Virus record (IMG/VR): IMGVR_UViG_3300016461_000001
Location: 1-52,885 of that record
Source: a virus
Reading direction: 5' to 3' (one strand)
DNA length: 52,885 nucleotides
The position numbers and the translations under genes were made by a program. Below are positions 8,383-14,481 of this stretch, one piece after another. Positions within the stretch are counted from its first letter, which is position 1. Each line of letters starts with the position of its first letter. The notes beneath the pieces are model-generated. The model searched no databases. It had not been told where the DNA came from and saw nothing but the letters and a program-made list of their open reading frames with translations.

Positions 8383-8621
8383 TCATTGAGTTTCGGCCAT
8401 AGGCAGACAACAGCATGAGGCGGTTCTGCTGGGAGTTCATCTGCCGGGATCAGGTTGCTCAAAGCCGTCATACTGGTGGCGAGAGCATTCCAGTCATCCC
8501 GGTTGACGGCGAGAGGTAGCCACTCATGGTAGCCGGTATTATCAACAAGCGCCCACGCTGAACGCACGACCTCCAGAATTGCATCGTATGCGGCCGAGTT
8601 GGCATTGACGGAATTTTCCAT
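8367..8621 (-). CDS. IS passenger ORF P1, hypothetical protein (84 aa)
   Basis: MENSVNANSAAYDAILEVVRSAWALVDNTGYHEWLPLAV... GGAG lies 7 nt before the ATG at 8621. The track gives a 100-aa version. The stop lies inside R1. Confidence 0.5.
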   Translation of the reverse strand: MENSVNANSAAYDAILEVVRSAWALVDNTGYHEWLPLAVNRDDWNALATSMTALSNLIPADELPAEPPHAVVCLWPKLNEAIRI

Positions 8622-8671
8622 CCCACTGCTCCATCTTAAGAGCATCTCAGTGCTCTGGCGCTTCGGCAACC

Positions 8672-8737
8672 CACACCGAAATCCGGATTGATGATAGAAC
8701 GTCTGATGCTACTTTCAACACTCAAATCCGGAAAGCC
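8672..8737. repeat. 66-bp IS-end module R2; its outer edge is the functional right terminus of the element
   Basis: Copy of R1. On the minus strand it reads TTGAAA-N16-TATCAT. It abuts the target duplication. Confidence 0.8.
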
Positions 8738-8910
8738 GAAATTTTACGGCCCGGGCCCCGCGCCGGCCGCGACACCACCAGCCCCAGCTTCCGCAGCGTC
8801 GGCATCGCCGACGGGTAGGCTTCGTGCCGCAGCCCCTGCGGGTAGAGCAGGCAGGCGCGGAGCGCGGCGAGCTGTCGGCCGCGGACGGGTGCGATCGGTT
8901 CGGACGGCAA
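8722..8910 (-). pseudogene. 5' part of a small winged-helix-like gene truncated by the IS (now ends ...GRKISAFRI* inside the IS end)
   Basis: LAALRACLLYPQGL...MPTLRKLGLVVSRPARGPGRKIS. The only start is a TTG at 8910. The reading frame runs into 8722-8745 (IS end plus duplication). Confidence 0.4.
8738..8745. repeat. Target-site duplication GAAATTTT (right copy)
   Basis: Identical to 6116-6123. Confidence 0.85.
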
Positions 8911-8920
8911 TTCCTCGGCC

Positions 8921-8941
8921 TGCTTACTATGTGCTTACCGG
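8921..8941 (+). repeat. Putative integrase arm-type site (left of core): TGCTTACTATGTGCTTACCGG
   Basis: 19/21 identical to 9152-9172. Further TGCTTACCG copies are at 9056-9065 and, inverted, at 8952-8960. Confidence 0.6.
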
Positions 8942-8977
8942 TCGTCAGTTTCGGTAAGCAAGCAGAGGGGTAAGTGT

Positions 8978-9022
8978 TGGTGCCGCAAGAGGGATTCGAA
9001 CCCCCGACCCCCTCATTACGAA
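8978..9022 (-). tRNA. Partial tRNA-Thr(CGU) 3' fragment (anticodon loop to CCA); probable attP core
   Basis: The reverse complement reads TTCGTAA-TGAGG-GGGTC-GGGGG-TTCGAAT-CCCTC-TTGCGGC-A-CCA. No matching 5' half: the anticodon-stem partner is absent upstream. Confidence 0.75.
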
Positions 9023-9151
9023 ACATGGGTTACCCAGCAAATTAGTTGACAGGACTGCTTACCGGCCTGCAGAAGCGTCGATCTGCGAGGGGTTTGTGTG
9101 CGCGTACCCTCTCATTAAGCGGACGAGACCGACCGCTCGGTTCGTCACCGC

Positions 9152-9172
9152 CGCTTACCATGTGCTTACCGG
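9152..9172 (+). repeat. Putative integrase arm-type site (right of core): CGCTTACCATGTGCTTACCGG
   Basis: Direct repeat of 8921-8941, ending 6 nt before the int ATG. Confidence 0.6.
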
Positions 9173-9178
9173 ACAGCG

Positions 9179-10444
9179 ATGCGCCTCACGAACCAGTCTG
9201 CCCTTGCCGTGCGGCTCCCCGCCGGGCGCGATCGGATCGTGGTGTTCGACGACGACCTCCCGGGCTTCGGGCTGAGCCTGAGCAAGGGCGGGTCCCGCAT
9301 GTGGGTTGTCCAGTACCGGAACGCACTCGGGCAATCGAAACGGGAATCGCTGGGCAAGGTCGGGCTGCTGTCTGCGTCCGATGCGCGCCGCGCTGCCGGC
9401 GAGCGGCTCGCCCGGGCCAAACTCGGCGAGGATCCGCACGCCGAGAAGGTGAAGGCGAAAGCCCGGGCGGCGGTCACGTTCGGCGCGGTGGTCGAGCCGT
9501 ATCTGGAGGCTGTTGGGCCCGGCCTGCGGCCAGCCTACCTCGCCGAGGCCGGCCGCTACCTGCGCACGACCTGGAAGCCGCTGCACAAGCTCCCGCTGCA
9601 CACCGTCGGGCGCCCCGAGATTACCGAGCACCTGACCAAGATCCGGAACGAGACTGGGCCGCACGCGGCAAATCGGGCTCGCGCCGCGCTGTCGGCGCAC
9701 TTCGCCTGGCTGGTCGGAACGGGCAAGGCCGAGACGAATCCGGTCATGGGTGTGCCGAAGCCCGCGCCCGAGGTGCGCCGCGCCCGGGTGCTGGCCGAGG
9801 ACGAGATCGCCCGGGTGCTGAAGGCCTGTCGCAACGACGACTTCGGACGGATCGTGCGCCTGCTGCTCCTCACCGGGCAACGCCGCGACGAGGTGGCCGA
9901 CATGGCTTGGACCGAGGTGGATCTGGCCGCGGGCCTGTGGTCGCTACCGGGCGAGCGCGTGAAGAATGGGCAGGACCACGACGTGCCGTTGTCGGCCCCT
10001 GCCCTGCAGATCCTCGCCGGAACAGAGCGCATCGAGGGACGACCGCTGGTGTTCGGCCAGGGCGACGGGGGGTTTCAGGGCTTCTCCCGGGCGAAGGCGA
10101 CGCTCGACAAACGCTCTGGCGTCACCGGATGGCGGCTGCACGATCTGCGCCGCACGGCTGCCACCGTCATGGGCGACCGCCTGAAGGTGCTCCCGCACGT
10201 GATCGAGGCCGTGCTGAACCACATCTCCGGCCACAAGGCGGGCGTGGCCGGCATCTACAACCGGGCGCTCTACGCCACGGAGAAGCGCGAGGCCCTAGAC
10301 GCGCTCGGCGCCTATCTCGCAGGCCTTAAGCCAAGCATCGAGATCGCCTCGGCGGATGCCGAGCCGGCGCTCGCTAAGCCGAAGAAGCGTCGGGCCGCGG
10401 CCGTCCTTGCACATCCGGCGAAGCGTCGCGGCGCTGAGTCCTAG
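9179..10444 (+). CDS. int: Tyrosine integrase (P4-like, N-terminal Arm/DUF4102-type domain)
   Basis: LPGFGLSLSKGGSRMWVVQYR at the N-terminus. Catalytic landmarks LLLLTGQRRDEV, HDLRRTAAT, VLNHISG, GIYNRALY. Adjacent to the tRNA fragment. Confidence 0.9.
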   Translation: MRLTNQSALAVRLPAGRDRIVVFDDDLPGFGLSLSKGGSRMWVVQYRNALGQSKRESLGKVGLLSASDARRAAGERLARAKLGEDPHAEKVKAKARAAVTFGAVVEPYLEAVGPGLRPAYLAEAGRYLRTTWKPLHKLPLHTVGRPEITEHLTKIRNETGPHAANRARAALSAHFAWLVGTGKAETNPVMGVPKPAPEVRRARVLAEDEIARVLKACRNDDFGRIVRLLLLTGQRRDEVADMAWTEVDLAAGLWSLPGERVKNGQDHDVPLSAPALQILAGTERIEGRPLVFGQGDGGFQGFSRAKATLDKRSGVTGWRLHDLRRTAATVMGDRLKVLPHVIEAVLNHISGHKAGVAGIYNRALYATEKREALDALGAYLAGLKPSIEIASADAEPALAKPKKRRAAAVLAHPAKRRGAES

Positions 10445-10495
10445 CTCCCGGGCGGCGACCTGGAACGGCACGACGTGGCGCGATGCGTCAGACAT
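10295..10495 (-). CDS. xis: Excisionase/AlpA-like HTH protein (66 aa)
   Basis: MSDASRHVVPFQVAARELGLSAATLRRMCKDGRGPTLLRLSERRLGIRRGDLDAWL follows the AlpA/Xis pattern. It is the last gene of the leftward operon. Confidence 0.6.
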   Translation of the reverse strand: MSDASRHVVPFQVAARELGLSAATLRRMCKDGRGPTLLRLSERRLGIRRGDLDAWLKACEIGAERV

Positions 10496-11231
10496 TGGGC
10501 TGCCCCCACTCCTCCAGCATGATATTGAGCCGCCGGATTCCGGCCGCCAGTTCTTCCGCGCAGTGCTTGGCGGCCTGCCATCGCTCGGCAAACTCCGGGG
10601 CGCTCTCCTTCAGAGAGGCATCGGCGCCCTCCGCGACCACGTCGCAGACCATCGCCGCGGCCTCGCACATGTGGTCCCGGCCGGCGCGCCATCCGACCAT
10701 CTCCACCCGCGCCCAGATCGCCCGCACCTCGGGCGGCAGGCTGTCCCACGGCTCCACGTCACGTGGGCGGGCGTGGGCGAAGCGGGCCTCGTAGGCGGCC
10801 CGGCCGGGATCGCCCTGCATCGCCTCGGCTGCTCCCTCCGCACCCCTCACCCTATCCCGGAGGTTGGCGTTCTCGGCGCGGCGGTGGGCGGCTTCTGCTT
10901 CGGCGGCTTTGCAGGATCGCATCCAGACGTCGACGCCGCTGCGCAGATGCTCCACGAGGCTCTGCAACGCGGCCTCGCCATGCTGGCAGCGCCTGTGCAT
11001 CCTCTGGGCGGACGCCCGCGCCTCATCCCGCTCTTTCCGTGCGGTGGCGGCTTCTTGGAGGATCGGGGCAAGCGGGCCGGAGAGGAGGGCGTCGGCAGCC
11101 ATCTCAGCCCCGTAGCCGGTGCTCCAGCGTCCGCCGGGGAAAGAGAAGCCTCGGAAGGCGGCGTTCAGGGCTGCGATGATCTCGGATTTCAGCTCCTCGG
11201 CCGTCCGGCCGGTCTCGGGGGCGGGGCTCAT
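10488..11231 (-). CDS. Hypothetical protein (247 aa)
   Basis: Credible part of track ORF 10488..11732, starting MSPAPETGRTAEEL. ATGA overlap with the upstream gene. The N-terminal 167 codons of the track ORF are Arg/Pro/Ser junk. Confidence 0.6.
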   Translation of the reverse strand: MSPAPETGRTAEELKSEIIAALNAAFRGFSFPGGRWSTGYGAEMAADALLSGPLAPILQEAATARKERDEARASAQRMHRRCQHGEAALQSLVEHLRSGVDVWMRSCKAAEAEAAHRRAENANLRDRVRGAEGAAEAMQGDPGRAAYEARFAHARPRDVEPWDSLPPEVRAIWARVEMVGWRAGRDHMCEAAAMVCDVVAEGADASLKESAPEFAERWQAAKHCAEELAAGIRRLNIMLEEWGQPNV

Positions 11232-11374
11232 GGCTTGGCCCTCCCCCAATCTGTCATGAGCCAGGCTGCGCAGGCTTGAAGTGGCAAGCCGGCGAAGAAC
11301 TGCCCGTTGAGCATCAGAGCCATGCCGGACGCGAGCAGCGTCAGCGTGAGGACGAAGCGCTCGGCCTTCGTCAT
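11228..11374 (-). CDS. 48-aa single-TM mini-protein
   Basis: MTKAERFVLTLTLLASGMALMLNGQFFAGLPLQACAAWLMTDWGRAKP. GGAGG RBS. ATGA overlaps on both sides. Confidence 0.5.
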   Translation of the reverse strand: MTKAERFVLTLTLLASGMALMLNGQFFAGLPLQACAAWLMTDWGRAKP

Positions 11375-12141
11375 TCTCCCGCCTCCGGGGTGGACGGAGC
11401 GTCTGAGGGGGCGGCCCAAGCCATCTGTTCGGAGGCGCGCCGAGCGGCTTGCCGGCATGCGTCGGACGTCGGCGCCTCAGGCTCGCTTGTGCTTGGCGCC
11501 GAGAAGCCCGGGAGCGGGCCGCGGCCGTGACGGGTCGCGCGCTTGGCCCTGAGCTTGGCGAGGAACTCTGGCGTCGAGACGCGGTCCAGTTCTGCCTCGG
11601 CGGCGGCCTCCAGATCATGGCCCGCGAACTCGGCGAGGCAGGCGAGCGAGCCCGCCGCCTGGCCGAACTCGGTAGCGGGGGCGCCCGCCGGCCGGCTGTA
11701 GACGTAGTCCACGAGGGCGTGGGCATCCTCACGCGACTGGCCGAGCGCCTGCTGAAGCTCCAGCGCTTCCTCTCCGAACCGGGCGATCCGCTCCGGCAAA
11801 TCGGTCGGATCGTCCGCGAAGGCGATCCTCATCCAGGCAGCGTTGCGCGCCTGAAGCGTCTCGGCTTCTTTCCGCGACTGCTGCTTGATGTACGAGCAGA
11901 TTAGCAGGTCATCGTCGTAGTCCGGACGAGCCGGGATGCCGACGCGGGCCGTCTCGCAGTCGGTCCGCCGGAAGTGCGAGGCGATCAGCCGGCGAGCGAT
12001 TTCCCGAGCCTCATCGTGCGAGATCTCGCGCGAGGTCTCCCATTCGCTCCGGTAGTTCAGGTCGCCGGGCTGAGGCTGCCCGACATCTTCTCCGACACGC
12101 GCATTGGAAGCGGTGGTGATCGGGTTGGTTGCTTCGGCCAT
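11371..12141 (-). CDS. Hypothetical protein with possible MazG-like NTP-pyrophosphohydrolase domain
   Basis: RFGEEALELQQALG..REDAHALVDYVY...EFAGHDLEAAAEAELDRV resembles the MazG EExxE/ExxD helices (weak, by eye). Confidence 0.4.
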   Translation of the reverse strand: MAEATNPITTASNARVGEDVGQPQPGDLNYRSEWETSREISHDEAREIARRLIASHFRRTDCETARVGIPARPDYDDDLLICSYIKQQSRKEAETLQARNAAWMRIAFADDPTDLPERIARFGEEALELQQALGQSREDAHALVDYVYSRPAGAPATEFGQAAGSLACLAEFAGHDLEAAAEAELDRVSTPEFLAKLRAKRATRHGRGPLPGFSAPSTSEPEAPTSDACRQAARRASEQMAWAAPSDAPSTPEAGE

Positions 12142-12142
12142 G

Positions 12143-12337
12143 TCATGCCTCCGAGGGGGTGAGAGCGGCCTTCAACGCGACTTCGGCATCCTCCAGAACC
12201 TCATCCAGCAGCTTCTCCGGCAGGATCCTGAGGATGTTGCGGATCTGCGGGGCGCCCCGCCGACCACCGCGGGCGTTCGCAATCGCAGCGGCGGCCGCCT
12301 CAATCATCTCGCGTGTGATGGGTCTGGTCTCGGCCAT
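12143..12337 (-). CDS. Hypothetical protein (64 aa)
   Basis: MAETRPITREMIEAAAAAIANARGG... TAGGAGA RBS, in which the TAG is the stop of the upstream gene. Confidence 0.5.
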   Translation of the reverse strand: MAETRPITREMIEAAAAAIANARGGRRGAPQIRNILRILPEKLLDEVLEDAEVALKAALTPSEA

Positions 12338-12347
12338 GGTCAGTCTC

Positions 12348-12500
12348 CTATCGGTACGATCGAATGAGGCAGCGCAGCCAAGTCCGCCTCGCTCCTGCTG
12401 AGCGGACGAGAGGACGGAGGACGTAGCCAACGAAGGCAGAAGACGCGGCTGCGTAGGCCAGCACTCCGGCGGCCAGCGAGCAGGCTTCGGAGGAGGTCAT
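12348..12500 (-). CDS. 50-aa single-TM mini-protein
   Basis: MTSSEACSLAAGVLAYAAASSAFVGYVLRPL... ATGA overlap with the upstream stop. Confidence 0.45.
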   Translation of the reverse strand: MTSSEACSLAAGVLAYAAASSAFVGYVLRPLVRSAGARRTWLRCLIRSYR

Positions 12501-12733
12501 GCGGGCGACCTCGCTGCTCTCGCGTGACGCCGCTCGGTACGCTCCGTCCGCTGCGGCAGACCCGGCAGCATCGCCTCGATCTCGGCGGCGCGGCCGTCGA
12601 GAAGGGCGGCCCGCGCATCCTCGTTGACGGCCTCCTGCCGGCGAATGGCGGCCCACTTCCGGGCGCGCTCCGCCTCCTGCCGGTAGACCGCGATATTCCG
12701 CCGAAGGTCGGCTTCGGTGTGGGGCTGGGTCAT
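12497..12733 (-). CDS. Hypothetical coiled-coil protein (78 aa)
   Basis: MTQPHTEADLRRNIAVYRQEAERARKWAAIRRQEA... ATGA overlap with the upstream gene. Confidence 0.5.
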   Translation of the reverse strand: MTQPHTEADLRRNIAVYRQEAERARKWAAIRRQEAVNEDARAALLDGRAAEIEAMLPGLPQRTERTERRHARAARSPA

Positions 12734-13464
12734 GCGACAAGCTCCAATTGGGCAGGGATAGGGGTCCAGACTGCGCCGCACTGTTTCGCGTCCCAAGCGG
12801 CCGCCATCCGCTGGGCGTGTGTCTCAGGTGCGTGCTGCCCTTCAGCCTCGCCGATCAGGTCGCCGCCATTCCGGTGGCCGCGGTTGTGGTTCTGGGCCAC
12901 GTCGGTGCTGTCGAGGCTGGCGAACGGCCAGCGCTTGCCGGCGAGCTGCATGCCGCGGAGCATGTGAAGCCAGGGCAGTCGGCGATGACGCGCGGTCAGG
13001 GCCTCAAAGGCTTCATCAATCCGCCTGCACCATGGGTCCGAGAGGACGACGCGATATTCTGCCGTTGATCCTAGACACACTCGCGGGAAGCTGTCGCAGA
13101 GGTCCAAAAGCCGACTGACATCTTCATCAAGATGCCAAACTGGAGCACCACGATGACCAAAAGGCCATTCTTTGACCAAAGCTTCTTGAAGCTGGATGCC
13201 GGCGTCGATGACATCAGGGATCACAGCCCAGGTCGTGGGATAATCCAACCAACGATCGCACCAAGCGTAATATGCCGGCCAGTCGGTCTCTCTTCCTTTC
13301 TTCCAAAATGAATAGGCGCCGTTATCAAGCATTACGCTCTGGCCGATTTTGTGGGCGGCCTCGACCTGCTCTGGCCTCGCGTGCGAAACACAGAAGTGCT
13401 TACCAGCAAGGCTCATTAGTACGCGATTTGGCGTGATTGGGAGTCCGTGATGATGCACGGTCAT
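12730..13464 (-). CDS. TGT-fold DpdA-like protein (candidate 7-deazaguanine DNA transglycosylase), 244 aa
   Basis: MTVHHHGLPITPN..., VMLDNGAYSFWKKG, WLHMLRG, FASLDSTDVAQN resemble the DSGAF / HxxG / S.DS landmarks I recall for DpdA/TGT-like proteins. Start at 13464, not the track start. Confidence 0.45.
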   Translation of the reverse strand: MTVHHHGLPITPNRVLMSLAGKHFCVSHARPEQVEAAHKIGQSVMLDNGAYSFWKKGRETDWPAYYAWCDRWLDYPTTWAVIPDVIDAGIQLQEALVKEWPFGHRGAPVWHLDEDVSRLLDLCDSFPRVCLGSTAEYRVVLSDPWCRRIDEAFEALTARHRRLPWLHMLRGMQLAGKRWPFASLDSTDVAQNHNRGHRNGGDLIGEAEGQHAPETHAQRMAAAWDAKQCGAVWTPIPAQLELVA

Positions 13465-13574
13465 TGCACGTGCCCCCAGTTTTTGCCGCTCATGATGTCG
13501 TTGATGGCGTGGACCGAAACGCCGTGAGCCGCCGCGACTGCGGAGCGCTTCTCGCCGCCCTCCCATTCTCGTCC
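13461..13574 (-). pseudogene. Start-less alternate-frame segment encoding an HTH-like peptide (frameshifted gene end or endonuclease remnant)
   Basis: It encodes GREWEGGEKRSAVAAAHGVSVHAINDIMSGKNWGHVQ*. There is no start codon in frame. Its TGA overlaps the downstream ATG as ATGA. Confidence 0.35.
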
Positions 13575-13717
13575 TCACCCGCCTTCACGGCGGCCAGGGC
13601 ATCGGTGGCGGGGAGAGCGGGGACGCGCCGGCGGCGGTCGGACCAGACCGACACGCCGACGATCGCCACGAAGCCGACGAAGGCGGCGAGGATCCCGAGG
13701 GTGAGGGAGCCGGTCAT
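13490..13717 (-). CDS. 75-aa single-TM protein (the C-terminal half may really continue in another frame)
   Basis: MTGSLTLGILAAFVGFVAIVGVSVWSDRRRR... ATGA overlap upstream. Confidence 0.45.
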   Translation of the reverse strand: MTGSLTLGILAAFVGFVAIVGVSVWSDRRRRVPALPATDALAAVKAGEDENGRAARSAPQSRRLTAFRSTPSTTS

Positions 13718-14481
13718 GCCACGGCTCCGAGCCCGGCATCGATGTTCCGCTCCTCGACCGTGAAGGTGACGGCGACGACCCACGGGTTGCGGAGCCAAGC
13801 GCCCTCGCCGTTGATGCCATCCCAGAGCAGCCAGAAGGCCCGGACAGGATGCTGGGCGTTGATCAAGCCTGGGATGCCGAAGTCCGAGTGCTCCGGCGTG
13901 CGCAGATCCTGGATGCCCTCAGCGATCGCGTCGGCCGGGCTCATGTCGTTCAGCGGCTCGACGCAGATCGCCGTCACCAGGAGGGTGAGGCGACTCGCCC
14001 AGCGCGGCATAAACAGCGACGGCCGCCAGATGCCCTCGGCTCCGCTCAGCAGATCCGGCAGCCACGTATGCCACTTCGCGCCTGGGCAGCGCGCGTAGTT
14101 GTACGACGGGCCGGCCCCCTCGTCCTCACCGTCCCAGGCTTCGATGTCGTGGCAGTCGCCAGTTGCCCGGTAGGCGATCTGCGGACCGTTGCTGCTGCTA
14201 CCGGTCTGCCAGGTCTCCTTGACCCAGAGGCGATCGCCCACCTGCCACGACAGGCGCGGCTTCAGCTCGGCGTCGCGCAGGTCGTGCCAGCGCATGCCCT
14301 TGTCGCGGAAGTGCCAGTCGTAGCCGGCCGTATCGCTTCGGCCGAACTCGGCAACCGCGCCGACCTTCGACAGGCGGGTGAGCGGCCGCCGGGTCTGCGT
14401 CTTGCCGGTGCCGGGCTTGCGCGCCTCGCGGAGCAGAGCCTGGACCATCGGCGCGCTAAACAGGATGGGGCGATCCATCAC
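13714..14481 (-). CDS. Conserved prophage protein, ASCH/PUA-like
   Basis: ILFSAPMVQALL..GKTQTRRP...GDRLWVKETW...PSLFMPRWASRLTLLVTAICVEPLNDMSPADAIAEG matches a common ASCH-like phage family. Confidence 0.55.
   Translation of the reverse strand: MMDRPILFSAPMVQALLREARKPGTGKTQTRRPLTRLSKVGAVAEFGRSDTAGYDWHFRDKGMRWHDLRDAELKPRLSWQVGDRLWVKETWQTGSSSNGPQIAYRATGDCHDIEAWDGEDEGAGPSYNYARCPGAKWHTWLPDLLSGAEGIWRPSLFMPRWASRLTLLVTAICVEPLNDMSPADAIAEGIQDLRTPEHSDFGIPGLINAQHPVRAFWLLWDGINGEGAWLRNPWVVAVTFTVEERNIDAGLGAVA

Larger units (their letters stand above)
6124..8737 (-). mobile_element. ISL3-family element (2,614 bp) carrying a transposase plus three passenger ORFs
   Basis: Termini are GGTTATCCGGATT... (6124 inward) and GGCTTTCCGGATT... 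(8737 inward, reverse strand), 11/13 identical. There is a perfect 8-bp direct duplication outside both ends, an ISL3-type transposase inside, and passenger DNA visibly lower in G+C. Confidence 0.85.

Noticed and set aside
8688-9026. Track ORFs 8688..8957 (plus) and 8715..9026 (minus)
   Set aside because: They run through the IS end, the arm repeats and the tRNA fragment and have low-complexity products. Only the 8722..8910 frame reconstructs into a coherent protein.
8978-9060. A complete tRNA gene
   Set aside because: Only the anticodon loop through CCA is tRNA-like. The sequence where the 5' anticodon-stem strand, D arm and acceptor 5' strand should lie cannot pair. It was kept as a partial tRNA/attP core.
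9046-10329. 427-aa plus-strand ORF overlapping int in another frame
   Set aside because: The product is extremely Arg/Gly/Pro-rich. The int frame (9179..10444) carries all the tyrosine-recombinase landmarks.
10488-11732. Full 414-aa version of this minus-strand ORF. The same applies to the long N-terminal extensions of track ORFs 12730..13578, 15701..16291, 17323..18441, 26134..27246, 31604..32821, 36798..37853 and 29280..30077.
   Set aside because: The N-terminal extensions are Arg/Pro/Ser junk that overlaps upstream genes. Internal starts with an RBS or ATGA/GTGA coupling give compact, sensible genes.
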